DNA of 64,000 nucleotides from Xanthobacteraceae bacterium. GTDB lineage: Bacteria > Pseudomonadota > Alphaproteobacteria > Rhizobiales > Xanthobacteraceae. Every line of letters starts with the position of its first letter. Position 1 is the stretch's first letter. Shown here one piece after another: positions 18,759-27,967 of the stretch. The stretch lies in contig JBARWE010000219.1 in the NCBI GenBank assembly GCA_049646625.1, forward strand, positions 4,361-68,360. The letters are read 5' to 3'. The notes beneath the pieces are model-generated. The model was given only the letters and a program-made list of their open reading frames with translations. It did no database searches and had not been told where the DNA came from. Position numbers and translations under genes: made by a program.

Positions 18759-19735
18759 AGAGCGCTGCCCCAGTGCTCTTCCTGAAGCCGCTTGAACCCC
18801 GAAACCTTTGTGGGACCGCCCTTGCGCCACTGCTCGAACTGCTCTTCCCAGGTCGTGGTCTTGTAGTCCCACTTGCCGGTTTCCTCGTTGAGAAGGATCG
18901 GCATTTCGTAGTCCAGGACGTAGCAGCCCTTGTCCGCATCGAAGTGCGCCGGAACACGAATGCCGATCGACTCGCAGAACGGCACAACCTCGTTGAGCCA
19001 GCGCTGCCGCAGCTCGTCGTTGCTCTGGCCGCGGATCTTATAGGACAGCTGGTCGACCCGCTTCTTCATGGTGTCGGGAGTACCGAACCACATCACGGCG
19101 TTCGGAAATACGAAGTCGATCGCCTCCTGCACGCGCTTGCGCGTTTCCGGCGACAGGTTCCAGTAGAACTTGGTCCACTTCTCGCCGTGAGCGACGTGAA
19201 ACTGCTCCTCGAAATTGACCTTGCGGAGTGAGCGCGCGTAGGGGCCGTAGGAACACGATTCCTCGAGGTCGCGGGTGGTGGTGTAGCCGGCGCGATCGCC
19301 CAGCAGCATGTACACCACGCACTGGATGTAATCGGGAATATCGTGCTGCGTGAGGTAGAACGTCTTGAACTCGGTCGGATCGCGCTCGAAGATCAGCTCG
19401 TGGGTGTTGTAGCCGAAATCCTCGAGCATCCGATACATCACCTGAGCGTGGCCTAGCTCGTCCTGCATGGCAGATGCGACCGCCATTTTTGCTTCCAGCG
19501 TCGGCGCCTTCACAAGTGGCGTGTAGTACATGGTGATGGTCGAGACCTCGAGGTCCGCGGCGATCAACATGGTCTGCACCAGCACGTTGCGATAGCGCGG
19601 CGTCATCTCGCGGTCGTCTTCGAGCTTGCGGCCGCTTTTGACCCATATCTGGAGCGCTGTCTCGCGATCCTCGTCTTTCAACCCGGATACCGGAGGCATC
19701 CTGTTTTCGTGGTTGGCGACGGCTGCATCAGGCAT
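18752..19735 (-). CDS. paaA: PaaA-like catalytic diiron subunit (1,2-phenylacetyl-CoA epoxidase subunit A family)
   Basis: 327 aa. Carboxylate/His ligand motifs QDELGH and FEEQFH, plus the PaaA-typical SYGPYARS and NDELRQR. Confidence 0.85.
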   Translation of the reverse strand: MPDAAVANHENRMPPVSGLKDEDRETALQIWVKSGRKLEDDREMTPRYRNVLVQTMLIAADLEVSTITMYYTPLVKAPTLEAKMAVASAMQDELGHAQVMYRMLEDFGYNTHELIFERDPTEFKTFYLTQHDIPDYIQCVVYMLLGDRAGYTTTRDLEESCSYGPYARSLRKVNFEEQFHVAHGEKWTKFYWNLSPETRKRVQEAIDFVFPNAVMWFGTPDTMKKRVDQLSYKIRGQSNDELRQRWLNEVVPFCESIGIRVPAHFDADKGCYVLDYEMPILLNEETGKWDYKTTTWEEQFEQWRKGGPTKVSGFKRLQEEHWGSALW

Positions 19736-19902
19736 TCTTTTTCTCCATGGGTGCTACCAAAATCGTGGCCCCGTCCCTCTGAACGGTCCTGATGTCAGGC
19801 CCTCGGAAAGGGGCGGGGCGTCTCCTGCACCGCTTGCAAACATACCGACTACTTAGTAATGTTATCAGACGGAGATTTTGTCAAGTTTGGATGTTCACAG
19901 GG

Positions 19903-21405
19903 ATGCGCAAGCTTCAGCTTTTCATTGGTGGTGAGTTCGTCGAGGCGGAAAACGGCGAGACTTATTTTTCGATAAATCCGGCCAACGGCGAGGCGATCGC
20001 CGAATGCGCCTGGGCGGGCGCGGGCGACGCGGAGCGGGCGATTGCCGCCGCCCGGACGGCGTTCGACAGGGGGCCGTGGCGCGACTTTTCGGCCTCGGAC
20101 CGCAAGAGCGTGCTGCTGAAGCTCGCCGCCCTGTTGAAGGACCGCCAGAACGACGTCGCGCTGATGGAGGTGCAGGACGCCGGCGCGCTGATCGGCAAGG
20201 CGACGACCGATGTCGCGCTTTGCGTCAAGCAGCTTCGCTATTTTGCCGAGATGGCGGACAAGTTCACCGGCGAGCCGGTGCCGATCGAGGGCCTGTCCCG
20301 GCCGGGACGCTCGCACTACTATACGGTGAGGGAGCCGTTCGGCGTTTGCGGCGCCATCATCCCCTGGAATTTTCCATTGACGATGGCGGTGTGGAAGATC
20401 GCCTCCGCGCTGGCGACGGGCAATGCGATCGTTCTCAAATGTGCGGCGGAAACGCCTTTAAGCGCCATGGAGCTGGCGCGATTGTGCAACGAGGCGGGCG
20501 TGCCGCCGGGCGTGGTCAATGTGATCACCGGTGAGGTGGAGGCCGGGCAGGCGCTGGTCAAAAGCTCCTCTGTCGACAAAATCTCCTTTACCGGCTCGAC
20601 CGAAGTCGGCCGCGAGATCATGCGCGAGGCGGCCGCGACGTTGAAGAACGTGACGCTCGAATGCGGAGGAAAATCGGCCAACATCGTCATGGACGACGCC
20701 GACCTTGAGACCGCCGTGGATGGCTCGCTGTATGCGACCTTCTTCCATAGCGGGCAGGTCTGCGAGTCGGGCACCCGTCTTCTGTTGAGCAAGAAGCTTC
20801 ATGATTCGTTCGTCGAGCGAATGATTGCGCGTGTCGAAGCCATGCGGATCGGAGACCCCATGGATCCGGAGACGACGGTGGGTCCGGTCGTCTCCGAACG
20901 GCAGATGGATCGCGTCCTCGACTATATCGAAGTTGGCAAGCGCGAGGGCGCCAGGCTGAGCGTCGGCGGTTCGCGTGCGACCGAGGGGCCTCTTGCCAGG
21001 GGGTTTTTCGTCAAGCCGACGATCTTTACCGACGTCAGCAACGACATGCGGATTGCCCGTGAGGAAATTTTTGGCCCGGTTCTATGCGTTCTTCGCTATG
21101 GCGACGTTGATGAGGCGGTCGGGATCGCGAACGATAGCATTTTTGGCCTCGCCGCCGGTGTCTGGAGCAAAGATATCCCGCGGGCGACGGACGTTGCGCG
21201 AAAACTCCAGGCGGGCTGGGTCTGGCTCAATGAATGGCATGTGCTATCGGAGCGCGCTCCGTTCGGCGGCTACAAGCAGTCCGGGATCGGCCGCGAACTG
21301 GGTGAAGAAGGCTTGAATGCGTATACACAGCTCAAGACGCTCTATCGGGACGACTCGACGGGCCGTCAGGCGAAGCCGTGGTACGACATTCTCGTTCGTC
21401 AGTAG
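19903..21405 (+). CDS. NAD(P)-dependent aldehyde dehydrogenase
   Basis: Catalytic region LECGGKSANIV and FHSGQVCESGTR. ATG 19903 is chosen because it begins the typical LFIGGEFV N-terminus. An alternative ATG is at 19891. Confidence 0.9.
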   Translation: MRKLQLFIGGEFVEAENGETYFSINPANGEAIAECAWAGAGDAERAIAAARTAFDRGPWRDFSASDRKSVLLKLAALLKDRQNDVALMEVQDAGALIGKATTDVALCVKQLRYFAEMADKFTGEPVPIEGLSRPGRSHYYTVREPFGVCGAIIPWNFPLTMAVWKIASALATGNAIVLKCAAETPLSAMELARLCNEAGVPPGVVNVITGEVEAGQALVKSSSVDKISFTGSTEVGREIMREAAATLKNVTLECGGKSANIVMDDADLETAVDGSLYATFFHSGQVCESGTRLLLSKKLHDSFVERMIARVEAMRIGDPMDPETTVGPVVSERQMDRVLDYIEVGKREGARLSVGGSRATEGPLARGFFVKPTIFTDVSNDMRIAREEIFGPVLCVLRYGDVDEAVGIANDSIFGLAAGVWSKDIPRATDVARKLQAGWVWLNEWHVLSERAPFGGYKQSGIGRELGEEGLNAYTQLKTLYRDDSTGRQAKPWYDILVRQ

Positions 21406-21447
21406 CCCCCGGCTGAAACTCCACATCCGCAAATCGAGGACGACGGC

Positions 21448-22260
21448 ATGAAGGACGGCGAACGCGCGCCTGTTGTATTTCAGGTGCAGGACGGGGTCGC
21501 AACGTTGACGCTTAACGACCCGGACAACCGCAATCCGATTTCGGCGCCGGACATGGTTGACGCCATTATTTCCGCGATCGAGAGCGTCAATGTCCGCGAC
21601 GACATTTCGGTGCTGGTGCTAACCGGCAACGGCTCGGCTTTCTCGGCGGGTGGCGACATCAAGGCAATGCGGGAGCGCACCGGCATTTCCGGCGGCTCGC
21701 CGATGGAGGTCGACCGCAACTATCGCCGGACAATCCAGCGCATCCCCCTGTGTCTTTACAATGTTGAGGTTCCGACCGTCGCCGCGGTTAATGGCCCCGC
21801 CATCGGGGCGGGCTGTGACCTGGCGTTGATGTGCGACATCCGGATCGCGTCGACGACGGCGCGCTTCGGCGAAACGTTCGTCAATCTCGGTATCATTCCC
21901 GGCGACGGCGGCGCGTGGTTTTTGCCCCGGCGGATCGGATACGAGCGCGCGGCGGAGATGATCTTCACCGGGCGTATTGTCGACGCGCAGGAAGCGCACG
22001 AGATCGGCATGGTGCTTAAGGTGGTTGATCCCGCCAGCCTGATGCAGGAGAGCTACGAACTGGCGCGGAAAATTGCCGCCAAGCCGCCGGCCGCCATTCG
22101 CATGGCCAAGCGGCTCCTGCGCCAGAGCGCCTCGGCGCAGTTGCGCGATTTTCTCGACACCTGTGCCGCCTATCAGGCGCTGGCGCATCATATGGACGAC
22201 CACATGGAAGCGATCGAGGCGTTCTTCGAGAAGCGGCCCGCAACGTTCCGGGGAGCCTAG
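21448..22260 (+). CDS. Enoyl-CoA hydratase/isomerase family protein
   Basis: 270 aa. GNGSAFSAGGD, and a C-terminal MEAIEAFFEKRPATF. Confidence 0.9.
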   Translation: MKDGERAPVVFQVQDGVATLTLNDPDNRNPISAPDMVDAIISAIESVNVRDDISVLVLTGNGSAFSAGGDIKAMRERTGISGGSPMEVDRNYRRTIQRIPLCLYNVEVPTVAAVNGPAIGAGCDLALMCDIRIASTTARFGETFVNLGIIPGDGGAWFLPRRIGYERAAEMIFTGRIVDAQEAHEIGMVLKVVDPASLMQESYELARKIAAKPPAAIRMAKRLLRQSASAQLRDFLDTCAAYQALAHHMDDHMEAIEAFFEKRPATFRGA

Positions 22261-22327
22261 TCGGCGAAGCTCGATGACGAGTCCCGGGCACGCGGCGCGA
22301 CCGGGCACGGATCAAGGAAGGAACGCG

Positions 22328-23086
22328 ATGGCGCTGATCGAGGAAAGATCGCAAGACGTTGTTGTTTTGACGATCGACCAGCCGGAGCGGCGCAACGCGC
22401 TGTCCTCTGCCGTCAAGCAGCGCCTTGCCGAGGTGATGGATCGTCTGGAGACCGACACCACGGTGCGCGCGATTGTCATCACGGGGACCGGCGGAAATTT
22501 CAGTTCCGGCGGCGATCTGGCCGAGATGGGCACGCCGACACTGGCCGAGGCGCGCGACCGGTTCATCGAGTCGCACCGGCTCGTGCGCGCCATCGTGCGC
22601 TCCAGCAAGGTTGTCATTGCCGCGGTCGAAGGCTGGGCGGTCGGCGCGGGCATGTCGCTGGCGCTCGTTTGCGATTCCGTGGTCGCCGCTGAGGATGCGA
22701 GGTTTTCCGCCGGCTTCGGCAAGGTCGGTCTGATCGGCGACCTCGGCATTGTCTATTCGCTTGCGCGGCGGGTAGGGGAGGCGCGGGCAAAGCAGATCTT
22801 GCTCTATGCGCAGACGATCGGGGTTGAGGAAGCGAAGCGGATCGGGCTGATCGATGACGTCGCCGGCAAGGGGAATGCGCTTGCCGGGGCCATGGAGATG
22901 GCGCACCGGGTGAGGTCGGTGGCGCCGCTCTCGATCAGCGCGACCAAGGCCATGCTGGTCGGACAACTGGATATCTTTCTGGACCGGGAACGGGAGATAC
23001 AAGCCTCGCTTCTGACCTCTCAGGATTTTCTTGAGGGAAAACTGGCTTTCCGGGAAAAGCGTGCGCCGAACTTCCGCAATCAGTAG
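22328..23086 (+). CDS. Enoyl-CoA hydratase/isomerase family protein
   Basis: ATG 22328 follows AAGGAAGGA. GTGGNFSSGGD, and a C-terminal FLEGKLAFREKRAPNF. Confidence 0.88.
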   Translation: MALIEERSQDVVVLTIDQPERRNALSSAVKQRLAEVMDRLETDTTVRAIVITGTGGNFSSGGDLAEMGTPTLAEARDRFIESHRLVRAIVRSSKVVIAAVEGWAVGAGMSLALVCDSVVAAEDARFSAGFGKVGLIGDLGIVYSLARRVGEARAKQILLYAQTIGVEEAKRIGLIDDVAGKGNALAGAMEMAHRVRSVAPLSISATKAMLVGQLDIFLDREREIQASLLTSQDFLEGKLAFREKRAPNFRNQ

Positions 23087-23366
23087 AGGCCGGCACCTGC
23101 TGCAAGCAATCAAATCAGCGACGAAGCCGCTCTTAATACCTCATACTTTCTAAGTGGGAGACTGTGTCCGGCCAGTTTGAGGGTTATCTCAGTACGACGT
23201 CAGCGCACTGGCCGATGGCACGCACGCTGCAGATCTTGCCGTGCCGACCGCGTAGGTCACCGGATTCGATCAGTCGCCGCCTGACCGCCGTGGTCTCTGC
23301 AGTGATGATCATTGCCCCTGTTATTGGAATCCAGCCCTTGCTCCTCCTTTCGAGGAGGCGGCCACA

Positions 23367-23519
23367 TGGCGCGAGCGCTTCAAGGCACTGGCGGAAACCC
23401 GGCAGTCGCCGGTCCTGATCCTGATCGTCATTGTTGCGCTTTATAGTGGCATTTCCACCACGACAGAGACAGCCGCTGTCGGCGCGCTGGCGGCATTGGT
23501 CATGGCGGCAAGCAATTGG
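23367..23519 (+). pseudogene. Internal fragment of a TRAP transporter large permease (DctM)
   Basis: Translation WRERFKALAETRQSPVLILIVIVALYSGISTTTETAAVGALAALVMAA matches the DctM mid-protein pattern (..GGIY.G..TPTEAAAV.A..AL). There is no start and no continuation, and the flanks are out of frame. Confidence 0.6.
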
Positions 23520-23614
23520 TCGGGCGCCATTTCAGGAAGCAAAGTTTCTATAGGCCGCCGACGCTCTCCTCGCCGAAATCGGCTGACATCGACTCGTGCC
23601 GATGCTGGGCGGCA

Positions 23615-24859
23615 TTAAGCCGCTCGCGGGCTGGCGCCACCTATCGTCATACGGCGACGCATGACCAGGATGCCGATCAGCGTGGCATGCGCGGCGTTCA
23701 CCGCCAGTCCAGCGGCGAAGGCCGGCGCATAATAGCCAAAGTAATCGTAGATATATCCGGCGAGCCAGCCGCCGGTCGCCATGCCGCTACCGGAGCACAA
23801 TAGCAACAGCGGGATGCGCCACGCTGCTTCGCGCGCCGGAAACATCTCGCGCACGACCAGGATGGTCGCCGGGATCAGGCCGCTGAAACCGAGGCCGAAG
23901 ATCGCGGAGGCGGTGAACAGGCCGTATTCGTCCTGGACGATCAGGAAGGCGCTGATGGTAACGAGCTGGGTCACCGAGCCGAGCATGACGGTACGCAGGC
24001 CGCCGATCCTGTCGGAGATTCTGCCCCAGACCTGGCGAAAAACGAAGGCGCTGCCGAGCAACACCGATAGCATCAGGGCGCCGTGCGCGGCGCTGATGCC
24101 GAGATCACCACAGAAGGCGACGATGTGCTGCTGCGGCATCGCCATTGGCACGCAGCACATGAAGATCGCCGCCATTAACATCGCAAATACCAGGTTCGGC
24201 GGCCAGCCGAGGACCGCCCTGCGCATCGGCACAGTCCCCACCTTAAGGGAGGGATCGGTCCGCTCGGGTGCCTTGGCCAGAAAGACAAAGGCGAGCGGCA
24301 CGATCACCAGCACCTCGATGATCCCGTAGGCCATCATGCTGTCGCGCCAGCCATAGAGGCTGATGGCACGCTCGAAGAACGGAGGCCACACTGCGCCGGC
24401 GACGTAGATGCCGCTGGAAATCAGCGCCAGTGCAGAGCCGCGGCGGTGATCGAACCAGCGGCTGACATAGACATAGAGCGGCGCATTGATACCGGCGAGG
24501 CCGAGCAGTCCGATAAACAGGCCATGCCCGACATACAATGGCCAGCCCGGACCAGCACTTGACAGCATCAGCCCGCAGGCGATCATCAACGCGCCGCCGC
24601 TCACGGTCCAGCGCACCCCGATGCGCTCGGCGACGTAACCCATCGCAATCCCGCCGAAGCCGGACCCGAACCATGCCAGCGCTCCGGCGAGCGCCGGCAC
24701 CGCCCGCACCCCGCCTGCTTCCTCAGCGATCGGCTGCAGTGCCACCGTGGTCAGCCAAGGCGCCCCGAACGAGAACGCCAAGATGCCGAGGGTGACGAAG
24801 GCCACCGTCCACGAGCGGCGCGATTCGATCGAAGCTGGGGCAGGAGAGGTTTGCAGCAT
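23615..24859 (-). CDS. MFS transporter
   Basis: 414 aa with about 12 hydrophobic segments and two-halves symmetry. Confidence 0.85.
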   Translation of the reverse strand: MLQTSPAPASIESRRSWTVAFVTLGILAFSFGAPWLTTVALQPIAEEAGGVRAVPALAGALAWFGSGFGGIAMGYVAERIGVRWTVSGGALMIACGLMLSSAGPGWPLYVGHGLFIGLLGLAGINAPLYVYVSRWFDHRRGSALALISSGIYVAGAVWPPFFERAISLYGWRDSMMAYGIIEVLVIVPLAFVFLAKAPERTDPSLKVGTVPMRRAVLGWPPNLVFAMLMAAIFMCCVPMAMPQQHIVAFCGDLGISAAHGALMLSVLLGSAFVFRQVWGRISDRIGGLRTVMLGSVTQLVTISAFLIVQDEYGLFTASAIFGLGFSGLIPATILVVREMFPAREAAWRIPLLLLCSGSGMATGGWLAGYIYDYFGYYAPAFAAGLAVNAAHATLIGILVMRRRMTIGGASPRAA

Positions 24860-25032
24860 GCGGGCCGAGCTTCTGGGCGGAATGCGCGCTGCTCCACTCG
24901 ACGGAGCATGGTTGAGGGTGCTGATGATCGGGCGGCCCAGGGCGCGCTATCTCGACGTCAGCGGATTGACTCGGATATTGACGGCTGAAGGTGAGGCCGC
25001 GTTGCGAGGCGCCGCACCAGCCGCATCGGCGG

Positions 25033-26442
25033 TTAGACGAAGGTGATCGTTTCGGTCATTTCCAGAATTCTCCGCAGCTCGATCAACGCGCGCTCGAGAT
25101 CGCTCTCTGCCGGATGGCCAAGGCATAGTCGCACGCCAAGCGTGCTGCGGTCGATCTGCTGCAAAGCGCCCGGCGGCGCCAAGGTGATGCCGGCATGCGA
25201 CGCCTGGGTGATCAGGCTGTTGAGCATGCGTCCGGCCGGCAGCGGCAACCAGCGATGGAAGCCGGGCTGCGACAACAGCGGCGGCAGCCAGTCCCCCAAA
25301 GTGCGATCGGCGATAGCGTTGCGAACCATCGCCTTGTCGCGCTTGCGACGGACCTGCTCGGTCAGCGCGCCGTTGTGGATCAGGCGCGCGACCACCTCGG
25401 CCATCAACGGCGTCGCCATCCACCCCGTCGCGCGGATACCGTTGTTGCAGCGGTCGCGATAGGCGGCAGGCGCGATCATGGCCGCAATCCGCAGGCCCGG
25501 CGCCAAGCATTTGGCGAGGCTGACCACATAGAAGCTGCGGTCCGGGATACGCAAGGAGATCGGACGTGGCGGCGCCGCAAACAAGGAGGCGTAAGCGTCG
25601 TCCTCGATCAGGTAGGCGCCGTGCTTGCGGACGATCTCGGCCACGACATCGCGCCGCTCTTCAGACATCACCGTGCCTGTCGGGGTCTGCAGCGTCGGCA
25701 TGCAGAACAGCACGCGCGCGCCGGTCTCGTGAAAGGCGCGGTCGAGCGCATCCGGAACCAGGCCGTGCGCGTCGGTTGCAACGCCGCGTAAACGGTAGCC
25801 GTTCTGCGCAGCAAGCGCGATCATGCCGGAATAAGTGAACATTTCGGACAGGATGGTGTCGCCGTTCGCCGCCACCATGCCGAATGCCACCGCCAGCCCG
25901 TGCTGGCCGCCATGGGTAATGAACAGATGGTCGGCGTCGGCAGCGATGCCGAGCGATGCCATCCACGCGGCAATCGCCGCACGGTGCCGCGGCAGGCCCT
26001 GGTGCGGCAGATAGCCAAGCAGGTTGGCCATCTCTCCCTCGGCGGCGATGTCCGACAGAACGTTGGCGATGACCGTGTCCTCGCCGGTGTAAGGCGGGAC
26101 GTTAAGCGCAAGATTGACCGTCAGGCTTGCGGCGTCGTGGCCGTTGTGGCGTTGCGGCTGGCGGCGCTGGACGAATGTGCCACGGCCGACCTCGCCAGAA
26201 ATCAGGCCGCGCAACTCGGCCTCGGCATAAGCCTTCGAGATGGTGCCGACGCTGAGCGACAGCCGTTGTGCCATCTCCCGCTGCGGCAACAGCCGCATGC
26301 CCGGCTTGACGCGCCCGCTGCTGATGTCCGCTTCCAGCGCCGCAACAAAGGCTGCGTAGCGCGGACTATTATCCCGTGGAAGGGTCGGCACCCAGTCGGT
26401 CATATCAGTTTGCGCCTGCTTGTTCGCCCGACGGATGGACAA
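25033..26442 (-). CDS. MocR/PdxR-type regulator (GntR HTH fused to an aminotransferase class I/II fold)
   Basis: N-terminal HTH: LPQREMAQRLSLSVGTISKAYAEAELRGLI. The long C-terminal PLP-fold domain includes VVSLAKCLAPGLRIA. The start may be ATG 26403. Confidence 0.88.
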   Translation of the reverse strand: MSIRRANKQAQTDMTDWVPTLPRDNSPRYAAFVAALEADISSGRVKPGMRLLPQREMAQRLSLSVGTISKAYAEAELRGLISGEVGRGTFVQRRQPQRHNGHDAASLTVNLALNVPPYTGEDTVIANVLSDIAAEGEMANLLGYLPHQGLPRHRAAIAAWMASLGIAADADHLFITHGGQHGLAVAFGMVAANGDTILSEMFTYSGMIALAAQNGYRLRGVATDAHGLVPDALDRAFHETGARVLFCMPTLQTPTGTVMSEERRDVVAEIVRKHGAYLIEDDAYASLFAAPPRPISLRIPDRSFYVVSLAKCLAPGLRIAAMIAPAAYRDRCNNGIRATGWMATPLMAEVVARLIHNGALTEQVRRKRDKAMVRNAIADRTLGDWLPPLLSQPGFHRWLPLPAGRMLNSLITQASHAGITLAPPGALQQIDRSTLGVRLCLGHPAESDLERALIELRRILEMTETITFV

Positions 26443-26570
26443 AAGTCGATTGGTTCAATCTCGGGATTGCCGCAAGATAACTGTGACAATTCTGAAAATC
26501 CATGGATAGCCGAACGACGACGGCCTTTGAGTAGTGGACAGTACAGGTTAATCACAGTGCATTGCACCTA

Positions 26571-26584
26571 TTGAACCGGTTCAA
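26571..26584. promoter_or_regulatory. Perfect 14-bp palindrome TTGAACCGGTTCAA in an AT-rich intergenic region, candidate operator
   Basis: Read from the sequence. It sits next to a second palindrome, GTGCAtTGCAC (26557-26567), and upstream of TTGACA (26620-26625)-N17-TTACTT (26643-26648). Confidence 0.4.
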
Positions 26585-26689
26585 ATCAACATAAAAAATC
26601 TTATTGCATCGTTTTTTGTTTGACAATCTCTCATTTATTTCCTTACTTGCACTGGAACATAATAATGAACCGCTCAGGAGGAGCGCGCC

Positions 26690-27016
26690 TTGATCTATGA
26701 AATCCGCATCTATGAGGCCTCCGAGAGCAACGCGCCGGCTATGCGCGCCCGGTTCTATAACCACGTCGCAAAAACCTTCTTTCCGCGTCACGGTATCGAG
26801 TTGGTTGGTGCATTCACGGCGCCGGTCGAGGATGGCCGCCTGGTCTACATGACCCGCTTTGCCAGCGATGAGGCACGCAAGACGGCGTGGGCTGCGTTCG
26901 CCGCCGACCCGGAGTGGGGCACCCTGAAGAAAGCCAGCGAGGTCAATGGGCCGCTGCTTAAGAGCCAGACCATTACGGTATTAACCCCTGCCATGGCCGG
27001 CCTGCCGCTCGCCTGA
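26690..27016 (+). CDS. NIPSNAP family protein
   Basis: 108 aa. MIYEIRIYE ... is the typical NIPSNAP start. The TTG start is preceded by AGGAGGA. Confidence 0.75.
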   Translation: MIYEIRIYEASESNAPAMRARFYNHVAKTFFPRHGIELVGAFTAPVEDGRLVYMTRFASDEARKTAWAAFAADPEWGTLKKASEVNGPLLKSQTITVLTPAMAGLPLA

Positions 27017-27082
27017 GAGATATTTGGGCAATCGATCGTCGGCGGGGCTGGCGGTCGGATCCAGATTGAAAGAAAGGTCGTC

Positions 27083-27967
27083 ATGAAGCCCGCTCCCTTC
27101 GATTATGTTCGTCCTGAAACGCTGGCGCAGACCTGCCAGCTGCTGGCGGCGGACGAGAATGCGCGGGTTATTGCCGGTGGGCAGACGCTGGTGCCGATGC
27201 TAGCAATGCGTCTCGCCCGCCCAACGCAACTGATTGATATTTTGCGCATTCCCGGCCTGTCCGGAATTCGGGCCGAGGGCGGGACTGTGGTCGTCGGCGC
27301 TACCACGCGACAGGTCGAGGCCTTGCACAGTCCAGTGATCCATGCATCCGTGCCGCTGCTGGCGCAGGCTCTGCCGTGGGTCGGACATCCGCCGACCCGC
27401 AACCGCGGCACGGTCGGCGGCTCGCTTGCCAATGGCGATCCGTCCGCCGAGATCCCGCTGGTGGCGGTGACACTCAATGCCGACATCGTGCTGGCGACGA
27501 CGGCGGGCGAAACGGCGATATCGGCCGATGACTTCTATATCGGGCCGATGCTGACGGCGATCGACGTCGGCCAGTGCGTCAGCGCCGTGCGTTTCCCGGT
27601 CTGGAGCGAACGCCGGATCGGCGTCGGCTTCCAGGAGATCAGCGCCCGCAAATCCGACTTTGCATTCGTCTCGGCCGCCGCCCAGGTCGCGCTCGACGAC
27701 GGGGGCCGCTGCACGGCGATCGTCGCCGGTATCGGCGGCGCCGCCGAACGGCCGACACGGCTCGACCTGTCGCAGCTTATCGGCATGCACCTCGAGGAGG
27801 CGACAGTGACCGAGGCTGTCGCCGCAGCGACAGCGGACATGGAGACGATGACCGACCTGCACGCCAGCGCCGCCTATCGCCGCCGCGTGGCGACCGCAAT
27901 GGGCGCGCGTGCGGTGCTCGACGCCGCCCGCGACGCCGGCGAGAACGACAAGGGCATTGGACGATGA
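27083..27967 (+). CDS. FAD-binding medium subunit of a xanthine-dehydrogenase/CODH-family molybdenum hydroxylase (CoxM-like)
   Basis: 294 aa. FDYVRPETLAQ ... AGGQTLVPMLAMRLARP ... HPPTRNRGTVGGSLANGDP. Confidence 0.88.
   Translation: MKPAPFDYVRPETLAQTCQLLAADENARVIAGGQTLVPMLAMRLARPTQLIDILRIPGLSGIRAEGGTVVVGATTRQVEALHSPVIHASVPLLAQALPWVGHPPTRNRGTVGGSLANGDPSAEIPLVAVTLNADIVLATTAGETAISADDFYIGPMLTAIDVGQCVSAVRFPVWSERRIGVGFQEISARKSDFAFVSAAAQVALDDGGRCTAIVAGIGGAAERPTRLDLSQLIGMHLEEATVTEAVAAATADMETMTDLHASAAYRRRVATAMGARAVLDAARDAGENDKGIGR

Noticed and set aside
19839-19863. AACAT...TACTtAGTA...ATGTT partial inverted repeats in the paaA/ALDH divergent region
   Set aside because: The two repeat pairs are not concentric and are only 4-5 nt each, which is too weak to call an operator.
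26531-26547. GTAGTGGACAGTACAGG shares AGTGGACAG with the reverse complement of the GntR operator motif
   Set aside because: The match is only 9 nt. It lacks the TGTCGACA palindromic core and sits in an unrelated regulator's intergenic region, so it is most likely chance.
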